A stretch of 64,000 bases of DNA from the NCBI RefSeq assembly GCF_009914755.1, contig NC_060931.1; one strand, given 5' to 3'. Both the position numbers and the translations under genes were made by a program. Every line of letters begins with the position of its first letter. The first letter of the stretch is position 1. The notes below the pieces were generated by a model. That model ran no database searches, was not told where the DNA came from, and saw nothing but the letters and a program-made list of their open reading frames with translations. Positions 1 through 13,869 of the stretch are shown here, one piece after another. The DNA comes from the human T2T-CHM13v2.0 reference genome, Homo sapiens.

Positions 1-472
1 CTGAGTCCCAGGACTAAAATAACTAAGAATTGGTTTGGTTTTATTATTTCTTGTTAAGCACCATGTCTGAGGTTAAGACCCAGTTCTTAAAAGTAATCAC
101 ATAGATACGTGTTACACACATCAGTTCAGTTGCTAACCAGCCCATCAGCTTGGATGTAATTACTTCACACGTTCTCTGAGAATGTGTTCCACACATAAAG
201 AATTTCCATAATGGCCAGGCAGCCTTGAGTGGAAACAGGCCACAGTTCGGGCCTGGGAGAGAAGTCTGCAGGGGGGAGATCTGTGGTCATGCCCTCACCC
301 CATCCCCAGGGCAGACGATGCCGCTTCTCAGTGAGGTCCCCTTGGCTTCCTGTCACAGCACCTCGGTGCTAGTCCACCCGGGAGATGCCAGAACAGGGCT
401 AACTCGTTCATCTTTCCAGTCCAATGGCCGGGGTTGCTACATTTCTCAAACTTAATTTCTATCATTAAATCC

Positions 473-592
473 TTTTGTTTTGTTTTATTTTTGGACAGAC
501 GAGTTCTCCCTATGTTGCTCAGGCTGGTCTCAAACTCCTGGCCTTGGCCTCCCAAAGTGCTGGGATTTATAGGTATGAGCCACTGCACCCAG
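473..592 (-). mobile_element. Alu left-monomer / FLAM-like fragment
   Basis: T-rich tail followed by gttgctcaggctggtctcaaactcctgg...cctcccaaagtgctgggatt...gagccactgcacccag, the reverse complement of an Alu left arm with an internal deletion. Confidence 0.85.
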
Positions 593-1828
593 TCATTAAG
601 TCCTAATTACATGTTATTTGCCCTGTTCAAGTTCAAGCAGTATTTTTTTTAATAAAGATTATTCCCAATAGATCTTAGTCTTCATCTGTAAGAGGCTGTT
701 GAGGGCACGACCACCTCGCAGTGACCTCCCTCTGTGTGGGACCCCCGTTCCCACTGGCACACCATGGGGACAGCTGGGTGGGGTAGTGTTGAGTTCTGGT
801 CCTGGTCCCACCGACCTGGGCTGGAGCTCCCAGATGCTCCACACACCCACGTCTACAGAAACACTAGGCCAGACTGGGGTCCGCCCCACACGCACAGAGG
901 ATCACTGGGGGCGATGTAGAGATGTGGAAGCTGGACCCCACCCCCCAGGCTAATTCATCAGCAAGATGTTGGCAACTGCTGGGCTGGATGGTTATTAGCA
1001 TATTAGGATGACATTTGACCCTAACATTCCAGTTTTGTGCTACCAAAAAAAAAAAAATCACCTGAATGAGTCAAGACAGTTAAACTTGAGGGTGATTTGG
1101 GAATGAGGGGAATTCATCCATTTGAGGTTAAATGTTTGCCAATCTAATTTGGTCAAAACAGTTCATCCACAACCCCGTGCAGGCCACAACACAGGAGCAG
1201 GTGCAGCAGGGCCCTTGAGTCTGTCTCACGCCATTAACACCCTGTGATGGCCTTACTTGGCGTGTGGAGCTGTGACCACCAGGGCCAACCTGAGGCAGCA
1301 TCATGGACTTGACCGACTCACCTCAGAGCTTGGCACTGGGTGCTCTGATTCCCTTCCTCAAGCTTCCCACTTGAAGGTTGGTGTGAAACCCCACCCCACT
1401 CAACCCTGGCTGATCCCCATGGCCTGTTCTTTCGACGATCCTCCTCTTGCCCCAATTTCTCCACCGCACAGACTCGCCAGGGCTTTGGTTTGTGAGTGCC
1501 CTGCACTCTGTCAGTTGGGCCATGGTATAATTTATGTTCAACAGAGACCTTTGGGAGTGAGTGTCAGTGCCGTAGCGGAACACAGGGATCTGAGGCACAA
1601 GGCAGGGCTGTCCCAGGCAAACAGGGACACCGGCCCCTTCATCAGTAGGTGACATGCTTTCATTCAATAGGAAATTCCAGAACACCAAGAAAGGGATCTC
1701 CAGACAGGGACTTGAAAACAGGATATGGAGGTAGATTTGTGGGAGAGAGTTGGAAAGGGAGCTAGCACTCTTTGAGTACCCACTTTGTGCTAAATACTTA
1801 GTTTTTGACTCCATATGTATGAAGATTA

Positions 1829-1910
1829 CCATATTTCATCAATTTCAAGACGAACCCTTTTTCACAGTGTAACCCCTCTGAAGTCAAGATGCCTCTTATG
1901 AACACTGGCA
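1829..1910. mobile_element. MER104-like (Tc2/mariner superfamily) DNA transposon fragment
   Basis: ccatatttcatcaatttcaagacg...tttttcacagtgtaacccctctgaagtcaagatgcctctta resembles the MER104 terminus as I recall it; not database-checked. Confidence 0.55.
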
Positions 1911-2899
1911 AGAGAGTTTAGCTGGAGCATAGCCCTTTCCTGATAGCACATAAAGAGACGGTGCCCCTCACCAGGGTTCCTGGCTTGGACTGGACAGACG
2001 ACAGCACCGCAAGCATCTCACCATCGAGAGACTGAGCCTTCCCAACACCATTTGGCATTCCCAGCTTACACAGCTGAGGGGGTGAAGCAAGGTTCAAATC
2101 AAAGTCAGCACTAATAAAAATTTCTAGGTTTCCAACCCTACACACCCATTTGGGTCCCACTCAAACATCACCACAGGGTGGCTCTCCCCAGTCACCCCTC
2201 AGGCCTGGCCCAGTGCCATGAGAACTGGGACCTCAGGAGGGTCAGAGCCCCAGCAGGTTCCAGCTCTCAGATCAAGGTGTTCTTTTCTTATCATCTTCTT
2301 TCTTCTCTTTCCCCTCTCCTAAATCACTGCTCACTCTCTGCCCCACACCCAACTCAACATTTAGATGCTCAGATAGCATTTCAGAGTCTTATTTTATGAC
2401 TTTCTGAAGAATTGTGCTGCTTCAAAAATAAGAGCCCCCTCATTACCAAAAACTTAACCCAAAAGTGCACTTCCCAAAATGCCTCCAAATAAGTGTGGGA
2501 AATCCAGGAAGCCCTCGAGAGCCACTGAACGCCTCTGTGCCCAGCACTTTGACCAGTACCGTGGAATCAGCTTCCCAAAGCATGCATGGGGCACTGGAAT
2601 CCCAGTTTCACAGACACAGAGACACAGAAAGCTTGATTCACAGGCAGGTGCCAGGAGAACTGCAGTTTTATCCCTGTAAAGTCTAATTCCAACAGGAGTA
2701 CTCAGCCACATCGAACTTCTTCTCACTAAGAAAAGTTATCTCGGTGGCCTATAAACTCTTTGGAAATTGCTTTGAAAACATGTTCTAGGCTGGTGTTTTA
2801 TTATTTATGAAGCAACACTGCTGTCCTGGTTTAACTGCCTTCCTGTGAAAGAAAAGGCTTCCTGTTTTGTTTCCTGAGACTCCTCTTTCTCCTTCCTGT

Positions 2900-3529
2900 C
2901 ATCACCATCACCACCATCATCTTCATTACCACCATCATCTTCACCACCACCATCATTTTCATTATCAACATCTTCATCACCATCATTACCATCATCTTCA
3001 TCACTATCACCATCATCGCCATCTTTATCATCACCTTTATCTTTATTATCACCATCAACATCTTCATCACCATCATCTTTATCATCACAATCCCCATTAT
3101 CACCATCATCACCATCATCTTCATCACCACCATCATCTTCATTATCACCATCACAATTATCACTATCATCATCACCATCATCTTCATCATTACCATCACT
3201 ACTATCACCATCACCATCATCATCTTTATGATCACCATTATCTTCATTATCACCATCAACATCTTCATCACCATCATCATCTTTATCATCACAATCCCCA
3301 TCATCTTCATCACCACCATCATCTTCATCACCACCATCGTCTTCATTATCACCATTACCATTATCACCATCACAATGATCACTATCATCACCATCATCTT
3401 CATCACCACCATCATCTTCATTATCACCATCACCATTATCACCATCATCACAATGATCACTATCATCAGCACCATCACTGTCATCACCATCATCATCACC
3501 ATCATCTTCATCACCACTCTCATCATCAT
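2900..3529 (+). repeat. Complex trinucleotide repeat (CAT/CAC/CTT/TAT)n, ~630 bp
   Basis: Continuous catcaccatcatcttcattatcac pattern; it gives the poly-His (+) and poly-Met/Val (-) ORFs in the track. Confidence 0.97.
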
Positions 3530-3569
3530 TTTTAAAAAGGATTGCATTCTAAAAAGTTCTGTGTTTGAA

Positions 3570-4016
3570 AGTATATTTGTTTTCTTTGGCTGCTGTTGTA
3601 ACAAATCACCACAAACTTAGTGGCTTAAAAAACCCACAGGCTGGCTGGGTGCAGTGGCTCATGCCCATAATCCCAACACTTTGTGAGGCTGAGACAGGAG
3701 GATTGCTTGAGACCAGGAGTTTGAGAACCACCTGGGCAACATATTGAGATCCTATCTCTATTAAATTTTTTTTAAAAATTAGCCAGATGTGGTGGCTCAC
3801 ACTTACAGTCCCAGCTACTTGGGAGGACCCCTTAAGCCTAGGAGGTCGAGGCTGCAGTGCACTGTGATTGTGCCACTGCACTCCAGCCTGGGCGACAGAG
3901 TGAGACCCTATCTCTTCAGAACAAACAGACAAACTTATTGTTCTGCAGGTTAGAAGTCCAGCCCGGGTCTCACTGGGCTGAAGTCAAGGTGTCGGCTGAG
4001 CTGCACTCCTTTCTGA
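3570..4016 (-). mobile_element. MLT1 (ERVL-MaLR) LTR fragment, interrupted by an Alu
   Basis: gctgctgttgtaacaaatcaccacaaacttagtggcttaaaa (3588-3630) resumes after the Alu as gttctgcaggttagaagtcc...ggtctcactgggctgaagtcaaggtgtcggc, a typical MLT1 3' end in reverse. Confidence 0.75.
3643..3933 (+). mobile_element. Alu (old, AluJ-like)
   Basis: ggctgggtgcagtggctcatgcc...gaggattgcttgagaccaggagtttgag...cactccagcctgggcgacagagtgagacc; dimeric and diverged. Confidence 0.93.
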
Positions 4017-5654
4017 ATGTGGATGATGGTAAATGGGATGGAAGGTGCAGGTAGAGACTCTGTGTGGCAGGTTCTATCTCATTTACGTGGCTGGGAGTTG
4101 TAAATGCCATGAGTTTCTTCTGTTTGTTGGACCGTAAAGCAATGGAGGAGTGGGTGAAATCTGACTGTGGGCTGAGAGGGCTGTGTGTCCCCGTCCTCAC
4201 TCAGAGGCAGACAAATACTCCATGACATGGGGAAAAGGAGAACGATGCTGACCCATTCCACAAGTCATCAACTCGCACAAGTTATGTATGTGCAGTTTAC
4301 TGAGAGTCAGTCATACCTAAAAAGAGAAAAACTCAACAAACAGGAGGGTGGACATTGAAAAGTATCTGGCTGACCCTCTGTGAGTGAAGATGTATTTACC
4401 TTGGGATGAATGATCAGGAAAAATAAAGGCTGAATCCAGGGAGAAGGGGTCTGGGCAGCCACAAAGCTATGGGACACAAGTCCATGGAGGTCCAATGAGC
4501 TCATCTCATGCACGGTTCTCTTTTTGTGATGAACACCAGTGTGACCAGTGTAAATACAATATTAGTTGGATCATTTGTTAGTAACATACCTTTGGACACT
4601 GGCTTCATTCTTCAGTATCTTCCCTTTATAGACTTGGCTTTCTGGGAGCTGGATGTTTACCCAGTACCACCTAGCACTAGTAAATTACTACAGCGGAGGG
4701 CAGGGGAGGACCCACTACTCCAGGATCATTTGTGGGGGTGGCACCTGACTCAATATTAAAAAAATTCACATGGTGTTTTATGGTTTACAAGGCAGCCTTG
4801 AACATCTGACACCATGTAACAAGCGGTAACTGTGAGAAGTGGGGATACAGGACCAGGCCTTCTCTCCAAACCTTGAGGTTACCTTTCCTAGGAATGCAGA
4901 GCTTTCAGAATGGTGTCCATTCCACTCACTGCATTTCAGCCTCTGTGGCCTTGGGCAGCACCTGTGATGCCTGTGCTGACTGGCATCATCTGCAGTAAGT
5001 GAGGAGGGCACAGAGCCTTCCATCAATCTGTTCAGGGCATGATTTGCTGCAAAGTGAGTTGTGAAAACTTTTGGTTTTCAAGAGTTTCTGGGTCTCGGGG
5101 TTGTGTGAATGGATGTGAACCAGCCTCCTTCTGTTTTTCCAGGGGATCTAACAAGGCTTGAACGCTGGAGCCGCGTGTCTGCGACCACTCAGCAGGTGCC
5201 GGCTGGGGCTGGGCTCCTCAGACCTGAAACACTGACTTCTCTATTTGGCACATCTCCAGGGTCATCCTTGCAGATGAAGAATCCAGCCTGGGTGTCTCCT
5301 GACCCATCATACAGCCTAGAAGGGTTTGTGTTTTGTTTTTTCCAAGTAAATTCCTGCTATCATTTTACTTATTTTATTGCTGTGTGTAGAGTGAAGAAGA
5401 TGCTGAAAAAAAAGAGTGAGAGAAAAAAATCCCGTTGATCCTGGTAGATGGGATATATGGGAACTAATTTTATATCCATGCATGAGTTAAAACGAGCAGT
5501 AGGCACATTTCCCATGGGCAATGGAAGTGACCTCTGTCGGCTCAGTGGAAGGTGCCGAAGAAACAGCAAGAGACCTCCTTGTCCAGGTAGCCACAAAGGA
5601 ATTTCCTTTTGAAATGTATACTCGTTGAAATTTTTAATCCAGGATAAATTATGA

Positions 5655-6105
<451 letters not shown>

Positions 6106-7689
6106 TGAGTGGGGAGCTGGGAGGTGGTGGCAGGCTGGGTGCTGCCTGGGTTTCATCAGAACCTCCTGAGGTGGGGGCCAGGGGTAGCCATGGAGTTGGG
6201 AGTTGTGGAGGAGGCGAGATGCTTGGAAGGAAGCTGTGGACAGGGTCTGAATGGGGGTGGCTGAGCCTGAAGCTGGAGTTGAGTCCTGGTGGGAGCAGAA
6301 ACCTTGGGCACCTGGGAGTTTGGCTTAGACAGATTGGGCTGTGCATGGTGGAGAAAGGCCCAAGCAGAAAAGCTCCTGAACAGGCCTGGAGCTTGCACAG
6401 GAGAAAGGCTGGAGTCACAGACCTGGATGTTGACTCTCCTGATCTCCTAAGGGAGAGAGGAGAGGAAGAAATGAACGGAGGGTCTTGGGGGAAATTCCCC
6501 AAGAAATAAGTGAGTAGCAAAAACAAACACTGCCAGACTCCTGAGGCCAACGGGATCCCTGAAGGTGCAGGGACTTAACACAGCCACCAAGAAAATGCAG
6601 GTGAGAGGATGAGTCCAGGAAAAACATCACTGGGCTGGCCTGGGGAAATTGGTGGCCCTGGCAAGGGAGTTGCAGAGGCTCAGTTCCAGGAACACACAGG
6701 GAAAGTTAAAGACATTTGTTTCCCACAGGGCCAGGGCTCTACCAGCTCAGTTTTGTATTAGACACTGGGGCCACACTGTTGGAAATAATAATTTAGGGAT
6801 AACTGCACAATATACTTGCCACCTTTGCCCTATGAACTCCCCAAGAGCTCAGGACACACATTGAGAAACACCAGCACACAAGTACCCAAGGTCATCTGCA
6901 GGCAAATAGAAAGCATCGTGGAAGCAATGCTCATTAGACCCACACACTGTCCCAGGTGCTCTGCTCAGCAGAACCGGGGGACAGAGACAGCATCCCAACT
7001 AGCAGGGAGGTGACAATCCCAGGGGAAGAAAGAAGGGGAAAGTCTCTATTCCAGCACAAGGGTCTGAAGTCATGAAAATAGAGCAGAGCAGGGAGTGAAG
7101 CTGTGCCAGAGCCACGCTGATGGCGTCCTCACCATTGGTGCGGGTGGGTGGCCAGATGCAGCTGCGCAGATGGCAGGGGCATGTTTCCTCCTCTCACTGT
7201 AACTGGCAGCAGTGTGCTTCATTGTCACGCTCAGAGCGGACCCCCCCCCCCCCACAGGTTGCCCACCCCAGGGCAAGACCTAGATCCTGGTGAGCCTTGG
7301 TGGGACCTGTGCCCAGCACAACACACATGGACAGCCCGGCAGGGGTAGCTGTGCAGCCAGTGGAGTGGCTTCTGTGCCCAGCATGCCCTCTCTGGGGCTC
7401 ATTCTCGTGTTTCCTACCCTAATTCTAAGCTCATTCTTCAGAGCTCACAGTGCCCCTGACACTCCCTGGTCCCCCTCTCTGCCCAGTGACCAAAGCTGGC
7501 TTGTCCCTGCACGCACGAGGCACCACTCCATCACATGACTTCCATCTGCCTGGCAAATCTGCACCATTTTTGGAAGCAGCTGAAATCCCATTTACCCAGT
7601 AAAGTCAGCTGAAATAATCCTAGAGAAAGTTCACCACCTCTTCCTCTGCCTGTGCCTCTATCACAGATTTAATAACACACCCTTGTAAT

Positions 7690-7845
7690 TCATCTTGCTT
7701 ATGTGGGTGTTTTCTCCATGAGTTCTTCAAGAAAAGAGCTGGATTCTGTTCATCTTTGTTCTTACCCCTGAGTATCCAACTCAGAGCTTTGTACATACTA
7801 AATATTTGTACTTGTACTGAATATTTTTTGGAATGAATAAATGCA
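7690..7845 (+). mobile_element. L2 3'-end remnant
   Basis: ctgttcatctttg...tgtacatactaaatatttg...ggaatgaataaatg resembles the L2 terminus. Confidence 0.45.
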
Positions 7846-9062
7846 TTTTTGAAGCATCAGACCTTCAATAAAAAAGGTTATTTTTTTCTTATCCATCACG
7901 AATCCGTATTTGAAGATTTCTGGAAGAAAAATGAATCAGAAAATTCAGAATATCCAGGTGAGTCTGGGGATATTCCACCCCAGTGCAGCATAGACACACC
8001 TCAGGACAGAGAAATTGAAGTTGGTGGGGTTTCTTAAAGCTCTTGCTGTAATGAGCGCCACTTGGAAGTAATGGCTTAATCGTTATTAATTTCTTTGGTA
8101 TTTCCTATGATAACATTAATCACAGCAAACTCATTTGATGTAATGGAGACCAGGAACCCCCCTGGAACGTTCCCCAGCAATTCCGTGCTAATTAACTGAA
8201 GCATCTTGTAAAACTGCCACCCTGTTTTACGATTAAGTGCATTTCTTGCACACTTTGATTAAGACACAAATCCCAAGCCAATAAAAAAAAAAGTGGGAAA
8301 GAAAGAAAGAAAAAAAACCCACCGTTTTAGAATGCAGTAATGAGAGCATTGGTAAAGTAACAGAGACTTCACTGCCAGAGGCGACAATAGCTACTACTTG
8401 AAGTGAAGCAAAAAGAACTCCCCAGGGATGGTGTAGACTGAGAAACCTTCTTCTGTACCTTAATTTATCCACTGCATATGTACAGAAGCAATTTTAAAAT
8501 GCATATTAAACACTCCAGTGAAAGAAAAGAGAATAATTCACAAAGATGTCAGTTCTGCATACCCAAGTGAGAACTATGAAAGCAGAGAGTCCTATGCAAA
8601 CTTATATCAAGGTATGGAAAACACCTTTTACCACTTAAGGTAAATGTTCAATTTCCAGAGGGCAAATCGTGCGCTGCCTCATTCAGCAGCAGAATTTTTC
8701 TCCCCAATGATTGGCATTTGGCTATCAAGGCAGAAGAAAATGGAGCATATCACAAGATTGCACAGCTTGGAAGTGTAAAAGGCGTTCACTAGAACAGGTT
8801 CTCTGGCACCCAGCATGCCAAGGTCCTAACGAAAATCGTGTCAAAACTCACGTCAGTCATTCTGTGTTTTTTCTCCACTGGTTCAAATGCACATCATTCT
8901 AAGGATGACAGACACATGCAGAGGCACCTGGAATGAGGCAAATGGGACCTCGGGTCTTAAAGGATGAAACCAGAGCACATGGGCATTAACCTGCTGACTG
9001 ACAGCAGCTCAGGACGAGAGAATGCCTATGTCACCCAAGAGAAGGGGGTCCAGGCCCTGTGG

Positions 9063-9797
9063 GAGAGACCACAGGAACTCCACACCACGAGAGCAGGGCT
9101 TCAGAGACCACGGGAACTCCACACCACGAGAGCAGGGCTTCAGAGACCACGGGAACTCCACACCACGAGAGCAGGGCTTCAGAGACCACGGGAACTCCAC
9201 ACCACGAGAGCAGGGCTTCAGAGACCACGGGAACTCCACACCACGAGAGCAGGGCTTCAGAGACCACGGGAACTCCACACCACGAGAGCAGGGCTTCAGA
9301 GACCACGGGCACTCCACACCACGAGAGCAGGGCTTCAGAGACCACGGGAACTCCACACCACGAGAGCAGGGCTTCAGAGACCACGGGCACTCCACACCAC
9401 GAGAGCAGGGCTTCAGAGACCACGGGCACTCCACACCACGAGAGCAGGGCTTCAGAGACCATGGGCACTCCACACCATGAGAACAGGGCTTCAGAGACCA
9501 TGGGAACTCCACACCATGAGAACAGGGCTTCAGAGACCGCAGAAACTCCACACCACGAGAACAGGGCTTCAGAGACCGCAGAAACTCCACACCACGAGAA
9601 CAGGGCTTCAGAGACCAGAGTAACTCCACACCATGAGAACAGGGCTTCAGAGACCACAGGAACTCCACACCACGAGAGCAGGCTTCAGAGACCGTAGGAA
9701 TTCACACCACGAGAACAGGACTTCAGAGACTGCAGGAACTCCACACCACAAGAACAGGCTTCAGAGACCTCAGGAATTCCACACTGTGATAGCAGGG
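9063..9797. repeat. 39-bp minisatellite (VNTR), ~19 copies
   Basis: Unit cagagaccacgggaactccacaccacgagagcagggctt; 13-aa periodicity in the overlapping ORFs. Confidence 0.98.
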
Positions 9798-11875
9798 CCC
9801 CACTGAAGCCAGGGGTGACATAAGCCTGCACTCTGGGCTGCAGCGGCCTCACTGGCCTGCAGGAGAGGCCCCATGAGATGCCCTGGAGCAGCAGTGGGTG
9901 GGAGGAGGTTGTGCAGGGGCCTTCGAGGGATGAAGCAGCTTTGCTGGCAGTTTTGGGGAAGACAGCCCTACTTGGCCTGCCTTTAGTTCATGGGCTGATA
10001 GGACAGACACAGGATTTAAAGGCCAAATAGAACCACATAAAACCTGCAGATGTAAAATAACAAATAGCATGCTGTGGGGAGGAATGGGGAAAGGGTGGGG
10101 GGAAATAACAGGGGGTAGGCTCTTCAATATTTAAAAGTTCCAGACATCCACAGACTTCTTATGTCATTTTCCTGATGGGAGGGAAATGAATTTCCAATAT
10201 TTATATACACCATTTAAATAATTTTGCTAAATAATCAGAGGTCTTAGAGAAAGATGTGCATAGAGCCAAACAAGCTGTCTACATGAGACACAGCCACAGC
10301 CGGGTGGGGCTTACCCTGTAAAGAATATCCTTCTGCACAGCAGAGGATGGCCTCACTGGATTAGATGGCTCTCCTTGAATCAAAGCCCTAATTTTCAGGT
10401 AATGGCCAAGATATAAGATGTAAAGCACTGTTGTAAGATTTTTAAAATCTGTACTATTTTTTGTAATGGCAATGTAAAATTTAAAAAGATGAAAGCATAG
10501 CAACAAAGATAAAATAAATAGCATGCTTTTAGAAGACCACGCGGCATGGAAAGCAGTCTCTAGCGCTGTCTTTCTTCCGTTAGGGTGGACTGGAACCACA
10601 GGGTATGAAAAGTGGCCTCTCGCGCTGTCCTCCTTCTGTTGGGGGGACTGGAAACACATTTCTCCATTCATTGTCAGTGGTGTTACAAGCCATTGGTGAG
10701 CTTCCTTCCAGAGTGAATGCCAAATGATACATTTATATTAGATCTCTCTGACCACTGCTGTTGACGTTGGCGGGGTAGCAGGTGTGGCCGTAACATGGAG
10801 CACAGGCTGAGCTGCCTGACTTGCACTGCTGGACGGTGGGTTGGCGGTGTTGACGCTGCACAGGTCATGAGCGCCGGCCCTGCGGATCCGGCGATGATCA
10901 TTGTGGAAAGAATGGACAGCACCCTGGTTGATGTGCAGAGTGACCCTGCAGTCAAGTCTGTTTGCCTCCCACTAGCATTTTCTCATCTCCAGCACGGTGT
11001 CAATGGTGCCACTCCAGCCGGGCCACCCTGCCCACAAGGTCTTCCACGGGGCTCCTCCCCAGCTCACGGGGAAATCCCCTTTAATTTCAAACAGGGCCCT
11101 TCCACCTGCCCTTGATTCCCTGTGGCACCTTGGGAGCATGGGGCTGCCCTACTGTGGAGTTAGTGGGTCCACTTCGAGAAGACAGAGACAGAGTGAAGCC
11201 TCAAGAACAATGTTCACTGGCAGTGGGAACCGTCGGTCCTGCCATGGGACGATGTGACTGGGGGCTCGTCCGTGCCTTGTCGTGGACATCTCTGGTCTCA
11301 GCCGGCAGGGGTGGGTGGGACCTCAGACCTCAGCGGGTGATGGCAGTGGGAGCCTGGGCAGGGGCGGGCAGGGCTCTGTGGTAAGACACAGAGGGCAGGG
11401 GCTGGGGTGGGCAGGGCTCCATGGGAAGACACAGGTAGCGGGTCAGGTGCTGGGGAGGTGTTGCTGGGCATGGTGGATTTGCAAATTTCCAGGGCGGTGG
11501 GGGGTCTGGCAAGTGTAGACACAGGGCAGAAGTGGGCGCAGTGTCTGTGGGTGAAGAGCTGTGCGGGCGGGCACTGAGAAGAGGTGCCCACGTCCATCCC
11601 CAGCCCCTCAGGCATGTTCACCATCATGGCGCACATGTCTGGGAGTGAGCAGAGGACCAGGGTATGGAACAAGCCCTAGTCAGAAATGCCTCCTGACGCC
11701 TGTGACCTCTGGGCAGGGCTAGTGAGGGGCTGGGGAGAGCAGAGGGTGTTTCTGGATAAGAACTCACACTAAAGGCCTGGCCCGGACCCTGCCTCCATCA
11801 GCAGGGTGCAGCCCAGGCCCAGCACATTCTCCTCCTCCTGGGACCTCGATCTTGGCTTCCCCTAGGCCTTTCTGG

Positions 11876-11948
11876 GGCCCCCCAGTTCCTGCCAACACTG
11901 CTGTCCACGCTGGGGCCCTCCAGTTCCTGCCAACACTGCTGTCCACTC
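11876..11948. repeat. Two-copy ~39-bp tandem duplication
   Basis: cagttcctgccaacactgctgtccac at 11882 and 11921. Confidence 0.9.
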
Positions 11949-12504
11949 TCTTGTCCACCCCATGATTCCAACCACTGGATCCGAGCATCTGCACCCTGTA
12001 TCCGTTTCTCTAACCCAGATTTCCTTCAAGTTTCAATCCTGTACTTTCGGATAAGGACTGGATGCCAGCCCCTGTCTCCTCATGTCTGAGAGCCTCTCCA
12101 TCTCCAGACACCCCAATCTCCTCGTCCCTGTGATGTCGGCTCAGGTCACCATTGTGTCCTCTTGCTCTCCTGGGTCAGGCACCTAGGAGTCCCTGAATGC
12201 AGGCAAATCATTCCTCAGCTGTCAGCTATTCATATTCCCACGGCCCCACGAGGAGACGTGCTTCATTCTACACAAACTTGGGCGAGCTCCCTAGACCCGA
12301 ACTGTGCTTTTCAGTGAGTGTCATAGATGTCACATGGGTGTCAGATTCAAGGATGAGGCCAGCCCTTGGTGCCAGGCTTGGCATAAATCAGCCCCACCAG
12401 CCCCTGCCTGCCCTCCGTGTCTGGTATTCATGTTCAAAGGAGTCTAAAACCTCACTGTCTTTTCCATGTGAATTTACCTTTTTTTTTTTCCATTGCATGT
12501 CCTT

Positions 12505-12600
12505 TAAATAACCACCAGGTACCTACTGTGTGCCCTGGGCACTGGGGATGCAGAGGGTCCCAACCACAATGCCTGTCTGCAGGAGTTCCCAGGGTGGAGG
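12505..12600 (-). mobile_element. L2 remnant
   Basis: acctactgtgtgccctgggcactggggatgcagag resembles the reverse complement of the L2 3' region. Confidence 0.45.
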
Positions 12601-13869
12601 TCCAGCTGCTCTGAGCCTGGTCCAAGGACAGCCACAAACTAGAGATAGGCTTTGGACAAAGCAGTGTGGCCGAGGTGGGGTGTTGTACCCCATGCGATGT
12701 GGAGAGAGGGAACTTCTGTCGAGGATGGCAGAGCAGAGCTGGGCAGCAGCCCAGCACAGGGCCCTCCCTCACCTGAGTGCTCACCATCCAAGTCCTTGTA
12801 GCACAAGGTGAGCTGGAAGCAAAAGCCACCCCAGCTCAGATGTCCTGGTGAAACGCCGGGAAAGGGGCCTCAGCCAGGGCCATGGCAGCTTAGGGCTGGT
12901 TCCCATCGCGTTATCAGCAAACGAATCTTCCCAGAATCAAGCTCTGATCTTTCTTCTCTGATGTGAGGTGCTCGGCGATTCCCAGGAGGCGCTGATGAGT
13001 TGCTCAGCCTGGCAGCCGAGTTCCAGCAGAGTTGAGACCCAGCGGCTCCTCTGGCTGTTCCTGTGTTGGGCATTCTCCTGCTCCTGGCACCGGCTGGCAC
13101 TCTCCTCTGTGGCCTCTGTTCTCTTTATTGTTCAGTTATGAGGCTTCTTCCTCAGTTCCATGGGTTAAAATCCAGATGCAAGCCCCCCCCACCAATTACC
13201 CCTTCATTCTACAGAGTTCCCAGGTTCTCGCCCACTCTGCCCAGCACCTTACTGGAGCCTCCACCATGAGGCCTCCCGTGCTGCCTCCTGGGATAGTCAC
13301 GCATGTGCCTGTGCGGCTGCCCTACCAGACCCTGGGGCCTCCAAGATCGCAAACTGGTCCATCCCTCTCCCTGCCTCCAGCGTCTGCCGACCATGCTTGC
13401 ACGTAGCCGTGGACTTGTGCCGCAGATTGGGGTAAATAATCCTAGAGCAGATAACTAAGGTACACTCTTCAAACTGTAATTCATCACAAAACTAAGTAAT
13501 ATTTTGTTTTTAAATGTACCTAAGCCCATGTTGTCTTGTTGATATTAAACTGTGGGGGTATAGAGGTGTGGTAGCATTTTACTAAGTCACAGAGGATATA
13601 AACACTTCTGCTTAAGCTCCCAAATCGTCAAAGCCAGGCATAGTGGAAGAGAAGTTGAATCAAATCGAAGTTTATTAACAAAGATAGCTGTCATGCCAGG
13701 AATCGTTATAGATTTCGTCAAATTTCAGAGGTATATGTAATTATGAAAAGCCATAAACACAGTAGTTTCCATGAAAAACTATGAGTAGGTATGGAAAATA
13801 AAACAGATGCAAGGGTAGGAACCACAGCTAATAGTCCATGAATCTAATAATTAGTTAACTGATTAACGA

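Noticed and set aside
2831-3620. Poly-His and poly-Met/Val ORFs as metal-binding proteins
   Set aside because: Simple triplet repeat with no flanking domain or gene structure
10738-10945. Possible - strand terminal coding exon (VTLHINQGAVHSF...AVVREI*) in a CpG-enriched patch
   Set aside because: The acceptor lacks a polypyrimidine tract, the peptide is unrecognised and there are no supported upstream exons
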